Part shown: positions 49,308 through 60,263 of the stretch, piece by piece
Position numbering within the stretch: the first letter of the stretch is position 1
How the letters are laid out: every line of letters begins with the position of its first letter
Assembly: GCA_025603075.1 (NCBI GenBank)
Contig: MU626258.1
Span: 135,457 to 199,456 of the forward strand
From: Neoconidiobolus thromboides FSU 785
Taxonomy: Eukaryota; Fungi; Entomophthoromycota
DNA: 64,000 nucleotides
Direction: 5' to 3'
Notes under the pieces: model-generated
What the model was told of the DNA's origin: nothing
The model's input: only the letters and a program-made list of their open reading frames with translations
Database searches by the model: none
Translations under genes and position numbers: made by a program

Positions 49308-52099
49308 ATGCATTTTTTGCTATAATTTATCTTTTCGCAACTTAGCTATTTCCTGACTTTATTATATTTTTAATTTTTATGAAATTTTATTTGACTAAAT
49401 TATTAACTATTTTTACCTATTACCTTTTTATATGCTAAAACATATTTAAGCTTATATTTCCCTTATATTTATTTTGTAAACTAAGGTTTGATGTACACCA
49501 TTGTTTCGTTTTTATGAATGTACTTTCTAATATTTTCCAAAAATCAACATTATACAATAGTCATTGTTTTTTACTTTGAAAAGGCAAAGCCCTCAAGGTT
49601 TTCAGAAATGAAAACGGAAAAGAGTAAGTGTTAAAAATAATTGTTTTGTGATTATGAAGTCTGTATATTTAGCTATTTCTTCATATCTTCTTTTAGTATA
49701 GTACTTTAAACTATCAAGCCTTATAGCCTTTATTTGAAAAAAAAGCTAATTTACAGAAATTTTAAATTTAAGCTTGTTTAAACCCAAGGGTCATTTTTTT
49801 CAAAGATTATAAAAAGCACAAATGATATGCAAAAAAGAGTTTTAATTCCATTTTAAAATAAGCCTTATGATAATAGTTTTGTTTTAGTATTTATTTAATT
49901 TTATCTTTTATCTTATATTCCATAGAAAATAATAAAATAATAAAACAAAGATTATCCACGAATAGATTTTGTAAAGTAAAACTTAAACTGGGCTGTAAAA
50001 TTTCATTTCTAGTCTTAACTGGATTTTTGAATTTATCCATATCCTCAATATTCAAAGTAACGTCTTGATAAACTCACTCTTATTAAGGCTTTAAAATATT
50101 TTAGATTTTAGTATTTTGTTAATATAAAGTAAATCCTCAGGATTAACTCAACCTTATTTTACGTAGGACAAGAATTCCTAGCATTTTTGATCCATATATT
50201 TTAAGCTGCTAAATATAAATATTGTATGATTTTAAATAATAGTTGTAGGTTTATTTATTCTAAATAGAGGGGAGCTAAGAATATAATAAAAACCGAAGGT
50301 GGGAAATAGCATATATAGTAATTAATAAGTTGATATATAGAACAGCAAAAAAACGGATACAATTTCAAATATAACTTTTGATTTTTAAAATAAATACATA
50401 AGTAAAATAAAAATATATTAAAAATTTTATTTGAAAATTATTTAAATTTATTTAGCCAGACTTCCTTGCATAAATAAAGATAAGCTTTATCTTGACAAAA
50501 TTAGTCAAGTGCATTTATATTTTTTAAAAACCCACTTTAAATTGCTGAAAAACTGTATTTTGTAGGGGGTGAGAATATTATAAAATTGTACCATTTTAAT
50601 GATATTTTTTATCATGGGTTGGAATTTTGCATCATTAGAAGAGTCAGCTCTCTCGTATTTTTGAAAGTAACTATAATAAGTAATAACCTTGCTATTTATA
50701 ATTAGTAATTTTCATTTTGTCTTTATTATCAGTAAGAATTTCAATTAACTATTTAATATCTTGAATTTCTGAACAGGAACTATGGTACTTTAACAACAAT
50801 ATTTTATAAAAAATTCAACTTGTTTTAAAATTTTATGAATACTTTTATTATGAATAATAAATCATTACTTTTCAAGAAAAATCTATTAATATATTGAACA
50901 ATACTATTATAAGCCTAATTATTTCTCTAATTTATTAATCCATGTATTTATTTGCAATATTAATAATGCGCCAACTATGGGGAATAAGTCCCTACATCTC
51001 TCTTATCGTAAAAGTAAGCCGAGTTTACTATGTTTCACGAAAACAGGTTTCTTACATAAAACATCACCATTATGTTATTTCAGTTTTTATTTAGAAAGGT
51101 ATAACTGGTAGATAGGCTTTTTGAGTTGAGCCGAAATTTTCTTATCAAATTTGGCATGAGAGTAAATTCTCAATTTATTAATATTTGAGATAGGGGATTA
51201 AAATACCCAATTTTAGCTTAATATCATTGTTTAATAAATGAATTTTAAATCAAATTTCGCCTTTTAATAACACTGCAGGTTATTATTTATAAAACTTAAG
51301 GTTATCTCATTATGATGACTAACCTTTTATTGGAACTTATTTATAGTTCTATTAATAATGTGATCGTCTAACTTTAGGTTTATGGTCTAAAAATATCGAA
51401 AACTGTTCCAATAAATAATTAACGATCCATATTATTATAAAGAATAATTGGACAAAAAATCATAACGTGGAGTATCAAATTTAAGCTTAATAATATGTCA
51501 AACTTTATTTTTAATGTTGAAAACACGAGTATTAGTTTAGTAATAATATAAAATATTGCTATTTCTATCAGCTTTACCTAGTCTTTATATTTCTAATATT
51601 ATCATAATTAAAGTTATAATATCCTTTTACCTCTTTATTTCGTTTACTTGCTTGTACGACTTTAAGCCAAATAATCCTTTATTATCCATCTTGGCAAAGC
51701 CAATCAAAATAATTCATTATACCATGCTAAAAGAATAAAATGGTTACTCAATAATTAATCCATCACTATTACCAACCATAAAATAGTAACGAAGAGATTA
51801 GGCTTAATAATTCGAACTCAATAATAAACATTAGAAAATATTGCATTTCTAACATATAGAGTAGAGGATCTGGATCTGGATATTATATTGAATAAGCAGA
51901 AATCGACATTACATTGATTATAAGGAATTAATATTAAATTGAAGATCATAATAAATAAAAACTAATATACAAATTTGTCTTTATTTATATTTATATTTAA
52001 TTTAAGAAAACTTTTTTAAAATGGGAATGGTAATAAATTATTAAAACGGACGATAATTGATTATCGGTAATGGAGCTATATATCCGCTTTAACTCCGAC

Positions 52100-52435
52100 T
52101 TAATTTTTGAAAGCAGAGCCTTTCCATGCTGAGGGATAAATCGTTAGTGATTCCTTATTTAATTGTTTATGAGTAAATGTTGGAGCAGCAGAATCAAGAT
52201 TGAATGCTGGGGGTGACAAACGAGGATTCCATGATTTAAAATAAGGTGATGGTAATTTTAAAGCTCCAATAAGTGGAGATGGGCAGTCTGTTGGTTCTGT
52301 TGGTGAAAGTTTACCATTATAACTTTTATCTAAAACTGGGACTTCATCATTCTTCTTGCATGCTTCAGAGCAGTAAAGGTCATCATCGGAAAAATCGATA
52401 TGTTGAAAGCAAACGGCGCACCAGTTGTTATCCAT
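52100..52435 (-). CDS. ECL1: Ecl1/2/3-family small zinc-binding protein
   Basis: N-terminal WCAVCFQHI...LYCSEACKKND is followed by an S/P-rich tail, as in the Ecl1 (life-span regulator) family. Confidence 0.75.
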   Translation of the reverse strand: MDNNWCAVCFQHIDFSDDDLYCSEACKKNDEVPVLDKSYNGKLSPTEPTDCPSPLIGALKLPSPYFKSWNPRLSPPAFNLDSAAPTFTHKQLNKESLTIYPSAWKGSAFKN

Positions 52436-55400
52436 GTTAGTATAATTTAATTGAATTCTAAAATAATAGTCTAGAAAGTACAGAGATTGTTTAGTTTTAA
52501 ACTAAATTTGAAGGTGATTAAAAAAAGTAGGGAATTGGGTGGTTTATATACTTTTTTTCGAACTCAGTTTTTAGTTAAAAATTGTTACAACTAAAAATAA
52601 TTCCATTGATTTTACTTTGCTAGGGTGGGCTGGCTAAATTAGGTAAGTTTAGAGTACAGCCACTTTTTCGCATAAGTAAATTGAATTACTCCTGAATTAT
52701 CACCTAAGAATGACCTTAAAAAAATGGAAAACGCTTAATCTTTGGTTCAACGTTGTTCCTAAAATAGACAAAGGTTAATACAAAATTCGACTAATCAGAT
52801 CTTAAGATGGTATCATACTTTTAAAGATTTAACCAATAAAATCATGAGTTGGATCAGCCCATTTATTAAAAAATTTATAATTTATGAGTCAGATTTAACA
52901 ATCCACTTTTATCAAAGAGTCCTCCCCTTAATCCCCAAATGGAAAGGGTTATAGATTAACGTGATTTAGTTGGCTTAAACTACACCAATGAAATTTTAAC
53001 CAATAATCAGTTAAGATGGCATCTGATATAGCAAAATTATTGTCTTTCTAATTAGATCATTCTGGATGAAGCTCAATCTCAATGAGTAACACTAAAACTA
53101 TATTACTAATTTGTTGAGTAGAATGTGAAAGAGATCAAATTTATTAGTTCTACATGATTAATACAATTATTAATTTGAGTAGCTAATTTCAAATCGAAAT
53201 AAAGTCATTTCAATAAAAGTTTGGTTCATAATGATGAACAGTTTTCTATACATCAAAACAAGTTTAATAAGTTATATTATTAATTTATTAGCTAATTTTA
53301 TTTGGTGTGTTGTATTATGAAAGTTATATTAAACTGTTATAAGTTTTGGGATAACGCAAATATTAATTTTCTCACCCCTAAAATAAAAATTGATCCTTAC
53401 ATTCCTGCCATAGCATTTCTTGATAAAGGAGTGAGAATAGAGCGTGATATCTCGCTAAAGTAAGATTTAATTACAATATATACTCACCCATAATTTTTTG
53501 GAGATGAAGGGGGAGATTATTATAATCTTTTTTACTAAATTTTTAAATTTCTATAATTGTAATGTTTGAATATTCGAAAAGTTTAAATTGATAATTTTAA
53601 TATTAAGTAGAATCGATTACTGTATTATTATTCAAATATGAAACAACAGTGATTAAAATAAACTATATGAATATAGTATTTAATATAAATGCTACAGGAT
53701 AAACTTAATGTGTTTTATTTTTATTATTAATTAATGGTTAAAAAATTAATAAAATTTTTATATTAAAGCCCATAACAAACTACTAAAAATAAACTATTTA
53801 AGCTGTAAATAACTGAAACTTAAGATTTTTGAGACTCTTTTTTATCCCCAAAAAGCCAGAAGTCAAAAAAGTACAAAAATAAATTTATATTTGAGTAACA
53901 TGAATTAATAAATTTGAAAAATAAAACCTCTCTCTTATGTTGGTAACTAAAAAAAGTATATTGTATACATTTATTATCTGTTTGTATTTATTTATACTAA
54001 TGAATTAAAGCTAATGAATCTTGGAGACCCTCTTAAAAAGAGTTGAGAGACCATGTGGACTAATAAATTGGGCTAGTGAGCTTTTATTATATTAAATGTT
54101 ACCAATGCTATCAATGATTGGTTGTTTCTACCAAGTAATTTAAATATTGTAATAGGAAGTATTTTTAATATAATGAACTAATTATAAAGGTAATATAATT
54201 TTTATGCTATATGTGGTAAAATATATCTAAATGTTTACAAACTTTATTTTTAACATGTGTAAATTTACTGCTGCTATAGCATATACTTATTATTATTTGA
54301 ATTTAAAATAAATCCATCAACTTTACAATTTACTTCCTTTTATTCTAGTTATTATATACATTATGTAATTAGCTTATGGATGTAAGTAGATGATAAAATT
54401 AGGCGTGTGTCTGTTGAGATAGGTATGCTGAAGCATGCGCTTCTTTCTTACATCAACTCTAATTCCATTTATATCACGTATTTATAAATAGGAGAATATT
54501 TGATGTTTGATGTAAAGTTCAATGAATGCTATTGTCTTAGTATAATTTTGGTATACATAAATCCTATCTTTTTTGTAAAATTATTCCTTCTGTTTAACGG
54601 TTTAATATACTATACTTTTTGTTATATTTTAATAAAGAATTCTTAATAACAGAAGCAAAACCATCTTAAAACCATACATTTATCGCACATGGCAATTGGA
54701 GTGCATGGTGGTGTGTCCATTTCCTTATTAAAAAGAAAAGATTTAGTATGTTTTAATTCTTATATTTGATCAATTTAAACGGATAATAAAGTTATGAAAT
54801 ATGATTCATGTATAAATAAATAACAACTTGGACAAATAGATACACTGCTTATTGCTTGTTAAAAATTTAGCCTGTTTTTTAGCTCAATTGAAATCGCCTT
54901 TTTAAAATATTTCCACATTAAAACTTAATAAAATTATAGGGTATTCTCTAAAGTAAGTTGACTTTTTGGGCAAAAATTAATTTGAAAATTATTGATTACA
55001 ACAGTAAATAAATATCTAAAAATTCATTCTTTTGTTACAACTCTATACCTTTGTCAGAACATGTCTGCTCAAAAAATCAGATTACTTTAGAAAATACCTT
55101 ATATAAAACAATAATAGTAGTTTATTGTTTAATATTACTGTAAAATTTTATATTATTACTTTTTAAACCTATACTATAAATTATAATAGTGGTGTTATTG
55201 TTTTTTTTTGAATAATATTGAATATTGTTTGAAATTCGTCTGAGCATGAAATAAAGTTTAGTCAAAATGACATTTATGGGAAGGAATCAAAAAAAATAGA
55301 CTATAATAATAATCTCGTTTTTTTCGATCTCTATTATAAATAAACTTCAATTTAAAGATCAAAATATATTGTCATTATTAGCAATAATATACAGTATTTT

Positions 55401-56604
55401 TAAAATACTCAATAATTATTTTATCATATAATAGTTATATAAAGTTATTTATAAAAATGGTACAATACAGTAAAAAAATGATACCATTTTTAGGAAAATT
55501 GTCTAATACTTTTGATAGATTATTCTCGATTATTTTTTACCAATCCAATAAATTTTTATTAGAAAGAGGAACCTTAGCAATAGTGAAATCATTGTCATTT
55601 CTCAAAATAAGCTGTTCTTAAATCTTTATCTGATAAAAAAAGAAGCTATAGAATTAGTAATTGCTAATAATAATAGAACAACACAGGCGCAAATTGAAGA
55701 ATACTATTTAATAGTTGCTGCGAAAAAATAAGTTATTATTAGGTCCTTTTTCTTGGTTAATCGGATAATTAAAAAATAAGTTGGTTATTTTTGCAAAACT
55801 AAAAAAACATAAGAATTTTCCATTGTTTAGTAATATCCTCAGGTTCTTTGTTTATAACTTGGTTTCTATTTTAACCGAGCTTATAAGATTTTTCTGAATT
55901 GCTTTAATCTTCAATTTAATACCCAACTTATACTACAGCTATATTAAATACACCTATCCGGTAAATCGATGTATCCGATATGTTGATTATTCATAGATTA
56001 AGTTATCAGATACATATTATTTAAAAATATGTAATTGTTAGATAAATACGCCATTAATTGAATATATATAATTATCAGATATGTATAATCTAACAGTATA
56101 AAATTATCAGATTATTTTTTACCCTATAAATATTTTTTAAAAATGTTAATTTAATATTAGATATTACAAGTTTTTAAGTAATTCAAAATAAATACCATAA
56201 TAATACAATCAAAACTTCTTAAAGTCAATTATGGCATAGATTTAATTTCATCTATAATTGATAATAAAGTTAATCTGGTATTAATTTAAATACAAATTTA
56301 CACTAATATAAGTAATATTATTATAAATTAAAATTAGGAAAGTATTTTTTACTGATAATTTACATTCGAATTTGGCAACGATTTGACCCTATTTTTTATA
56401 AAAGCTGATTATATGCTAAAATAAATTTAAAATTTATAGCTTATATATATAATATATGATAAAGTTACATAAGAAATAAAGGTAATTGAGCTTAATAAAT
56501 ATAGAGATCACTATAGTTTTCATTATTTCTGAATGGTCGTAAATGTGATTAAATAATCAACTAATTTGTTTCATTAATAATTAAATTTAAAATTTTGAAA
56601 AAAT

Positions 56605-56702
56605 AGGGATGTATTTTTATGTTTAGAATTTTACTAACAATTTTTCTGTTCAAATAGCGCTTAAAAGATGGAAAAAGTGATGAAGCTAGAAAAAGCATCC
56701 TC
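56605..56702 (+). mobile_element. MITE family M, copy 14
   Basis: AGGGATG...CATCCTC termini, AAAT/AAAT direct flanks. Confidence 0.92.
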
Positions 56703-56945
56703 AAATGTAAAATAGGGAAACTTTGCATAAACAGAAGCGTGTAACGGTTGTTTTACATTGGAGCTGTATTAAGAGATTCTGTTTTATTATAACAGTGCTA
56801 TAAAAGTTTGGCTTTATCTTTATTTTTAATTTAAAGTGGATTAATTAATAAATAATCTACTCACCATCTCATATTCTATTTAGATTAATGTTGTAAAAAA
56901 CAGTGTCATAGATTAATTGATTTTGATTAAGTGAATTTTACAAAT

Positions 56946-57043
56946 GGGGATGTGTTTTTGTATTTAAGAATTTTACTAGCAATTTTTCCACTTAAATAAC
57001 GCTTAAAAGATGTAAAAATAATGAAATCAAAAAAAACATCCCC
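56946..57043 (+). mobile_element. MITE family M, copy 15
   Basis: GGGGATG...CATCCCC termini, AAAT/AAAT direct flanks. Confidence 0.93.
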
Positions 57044-57098
57044 AAATGTTATTAAAATGCTTAAAATAAACTATTTCAATAATTTATAAATACTATAT

Positions 57099-57196
57099 AG
57101 GGGTGTTTTTTTGGTTTCATCACTTTTTCTACCTTTTAAGTGCTATTTAAGTGGGAAAATTATTAGTAAAATTATTAAGCACAAAAATACATCCCC
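57099..57196 (-). mobile_element. MITE family M, copy 16
   Basis: AGGGGTG...CATCCCC termini, ATAT/ATAT flanks. Confidence 0.92.
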
Positions 57197-57481
57197 ATAT
57201 ATCTCTTTTATTCAAAAATTTTATTAACAATTTCCTACTCAATAATATTTAAAAATAAAAAAATAAAAAAAATGAATTTTTGATAAAATCTATAAATATA
57301 AGTTTTTTTTACAAATAATATTCTATTTTAAATATTAAAATTTTTTCATTAAAGGAACAATAATTTTGGAATATAAATTAGCCTAATGTTTTTTATAATT
57401 TCTGTAATTTTTAATTTTATTTAATAATAGTAAATAATTTATAATTGTAATAATGCCTTAAAATTAATATTATGTATACAT

Positions 57482-57576
57482 GAGGATGTTTTTTTGTTTA
57501 AGAATTTTACCACAATCTTTCCACTGAAATAGCGCTTAAAAAATGGAAAAATAATGAAACCAAAAAAAACAGCCCC
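57482..57576 (+). mobile_element. MITE family M, copy 17 (abuts the left end of element E)
   Basis: GAGGATG...CAGCCCC termini, ACAT/ACGT flanks. Confidence 0.9.
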
Positions 57577-57723
57577 ACGTTGTGAAATCTGGTACTCAGT
57601 GATTGGAGTCAAAAGCAGTTCTTTGCTTAATTGGCTAGCCGTGAGTCGAAAGGTCTTAATTTATGCGGCTAGATAGACTTGAATTACGAAGAACAGAACG
57701 TAGTAGGCTATGGGCTATGTAAG

Positions 57724-58185
57724 TGTGAAATATCGCTTTGTCAGTCTCATGGTCAATTATAGCATAATAATCCCCTAAGCTGTTGTGTTCTTGAGTTTAG
57801 AGACAATTAATTTCATGCTCTTATTTTGATTTGCTATGAAAATTTCTATCTTCGTCTCAAAGAATATTATCCTCTCGTTTTGATATATATACTTGTCGAA
57901 GTATAAAGGAGATTCTAAAATATAGTAGCTCAAGGCTTTTTAACTGAATTATTCCCTGATATCTCGAACATTTAATAAAGCCACTAAGTTTACTTAATAG
58001 TATTTTACGTAGATTTACTTAGTATTGTCTATTCTATTTGTCTTATATAGTCTGTAGCCTATTACGTGGTATTCTTCGTAACCCAAGTCTATCTTAGTCA
58101 CATAAACTAAGACCTTTCGACTTACAGTGTGGTCAACCAGGTAGTAGCTGTTTTTGACTCCAATCACTGAGTATCAGATTTCGCA
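57724..58185 (+). mobile_element. Element E, inner copy (462 bp; solo-LTR-like), intact
   Basis: TGTGAAAT...ATTTCGCA termini flanked by TAAG/TAAG. Internal TATAAA at 57902 and AATAAA at 57974. Confidence 0.82.
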
Positions 58186-58410
58186 TAAGACAAACAGAAT
58201 AGACAATACTAATGTAAAATCTACATAAAATACTATCAAAAAGATTTAGTGGTTTTATTAAAGGTAAAATATGAAAGGATAATTCAATTAAAAAGCTTTG
58301 AATTACTATGTTCTAAAATGTCTTTTATATTCCTACAAGTATGAATATCAAAACAAGAGGATAATATTCTTTGGAATGAAGTTGGAAATTCTTATAACAA
58401 ATCAAAATAA

Positions 58411-58510
58411 GGGGATGTATTTTTGTATTTGAGAATTTTACTAACAATTTTTCCACTCAAATAGCACCCAAAAGATGGAAAAAATAATGAAGCCAAAAAA
58501 AAACATCCTC
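58411..58510 (+). mobile_element. MITE family M, copy 18 (inserted inside the outer copy of element E)
   Basis: GGGGATG...CATCCTC termini, ATAA/ATAA direct flanks. Removing it restores colinearity with the inner E copy. Confidence 0.93.
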
Positions 58511-58978
58511 ATAAGAAGAGCATGGGATTGATTGTCTCTGAACTCAAGAACATAACTTAAGCGATTATTATGTTATAATCAATCATGGAGCTAACAAAGC
58601 GATATTTCACAGTATACATGAATATATAATATTAATAAGATAATAAAATTATAACATGTATTATGGTTCATTTTATTTATAGATATAATAATAATTAAAA
58701 GTAAATAGATAAATTGTATTATAGCAAAACTTAAAATTGTAAATAATATAAAGTTTTTTTTAAAGAAATTTCTAAATTATTGTTACGAAAAATTAAAATG
58801 AATAGGTCATATAATTAGCAAAAGATATATATAATATTATTTATAATAAAAAAACAAAACGTTATTTAAAATTTATTAAACCTTTTGACTTTAAAAATAA
58901 AAAGCTAAAAGAACTATCAAAAAATTTAAAAATAGTTCAAAAAGTTGAAAAATTATAATAAAATTAATTAAAGCATAT

Positions 58979-59076
58979 GGGGATGTATTTTTTTATTTGA
59001 TAATTTCACTAACAATCTTTCCACTTGAATAGCACTCAAAAAATAGAAAAAGTGATGAAACCAAAAAAACATAACT
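58979..59076 (+). mobile_element. MITE family M, copy 19 (degenerate right end)
   Basis: Reads GGGGATGTATTTTTT...GAAAAAGTGATGAAACCAAAAAAACATAACT. Confidence 0.85.
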
Positions 59077-60263
59077 AAAAAAGCTTAAAGTAAAAAAATT
59101 TAAACCATATTTAGAAAAAGTATGTGAGTATTGATAGGATTTAACAATATTAAAAGTTATAATGTAGCGATATAAAAATAGAATGTTTATATACTAAAAT
59201 TCATTATATATCAGTTATCATACAGTATATTAATAGAATTACTTCAAGTTATAAGAACTAAAGCACATAAAGTATAATTTAAATAAATCTCTTTTTTTAT
59301 AAACAATTTTACAAGTATGATTACAATATATTAATAATAGAGTAAAAGATGATGAATGTAGCATCCAAATTAGACAATAATAAAACCGAGTTCTTTAAAC
59401 ATCTAAACATAGATAAACGAATAACAACAATAATAAATTATTGATTTCTAAGATTATTTGTAATCATCATTGTAAAATTTATATATGCATCTATTTCAAC
59501 ATTTATATTATTCCAGAATCCTTTTACACTCTTTACAAATTTTAAATGTATCGGTATATGACTAATAATGATAATGACAAAAACAGTAATAACAATGTCA
59601 GCCCTGACTATTGTTATTATTGCTATTATTATTGTTGTTATTTATTTATTATCATTTCATATACAATACAAAATCAACATGTTTATTTTTATCTATTATT
59701 CATTTCTTTATCTATGATAGTATATATCATAAAAATAATCAGAATAAGGCTAAAATAATAATTATAATACAATTATTATTTATTATTTATTACATATCTC
59801 ACTTAATGTACTTTCTTTTAATTAGATACTCAACTGCAATTTAACTATTAATAAAATTAACTTATTGGTTTAGTTTTATTCAAAATTGTAGTCACTTGAT
59901 TAGTAATTTTCAAATCAAAAATCAAAAAATTGAAAAACTGAAATTAAGGATTATCTTATTAGTTAATATAGATTTAAAATAAAGCTTAAAAAATTACTAT
60001 TTTATTATATAATATATTCTTTACTATTATTATCCTTTATATATGTATGAATTCACTGTATTTTATCTTATTATAACATGGTTATAATATTAATATTAAT
60101 ATTATCATTAAAGTCCCGGACTTTTTAAAATTAACTAAAGCTTTACTAGAATTTAAGTCAGGGAGAAAAAAACAGGTATTCTTAAATTTCCAAAATTCCA
60201 TTGAAAAATCAAAAAAATTCTAAAAATCTAATGTATTTGAACAAATTCTCAGGCTCTTTTAAT

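Larger units (their letters stand above)
57581..58611 (-). mobile_element. Element E, outer copy (~460 bp when the inserts are removed; solo-LTR-like), split by an inverted second E copy and by MITE 18
   Basis: Begins TGTGAAAT and ends ATTTCACA. Segment 57581-57723 plus 58190-58611 (minus MITE 18) is the reverse complement of 57724-58185. Confidence 0.8.

Noticed and set aside
1658-52435. Zip1-like bZIP and ECL1-like gene in the same window (a regulatory pair in fission yeast sulfur starvation)
   Set aside because: They are 50 kb apart with unrelated genes between, and there is no convincing binding site in the ECL1 promoter; this is likely coincidence.
54330-54740. GC-richer patch with GHT and DGFASVIK fragments reminiscent of Sola transposase motifs
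   Set aside because: The fragments are in different frames with wrong spacing and many stops. I cannot support the call without a profile search.
57581-58611. Initial reading as a shufflon-like cassette array joined by ATAAG/CTTAT pointers
   Set aside because: Most of the pentamer junctions are explained by the TSD of the inner E copy, its homologous internal site and the ATAA TSD of MITE 18. No recombinase is required or present.
59546-59844. Two overlapping hydrophobic ORFs upstream of hmgA
   Set aside because: They derive from low-complexity TAT/AAT sequence and have no homology signal.
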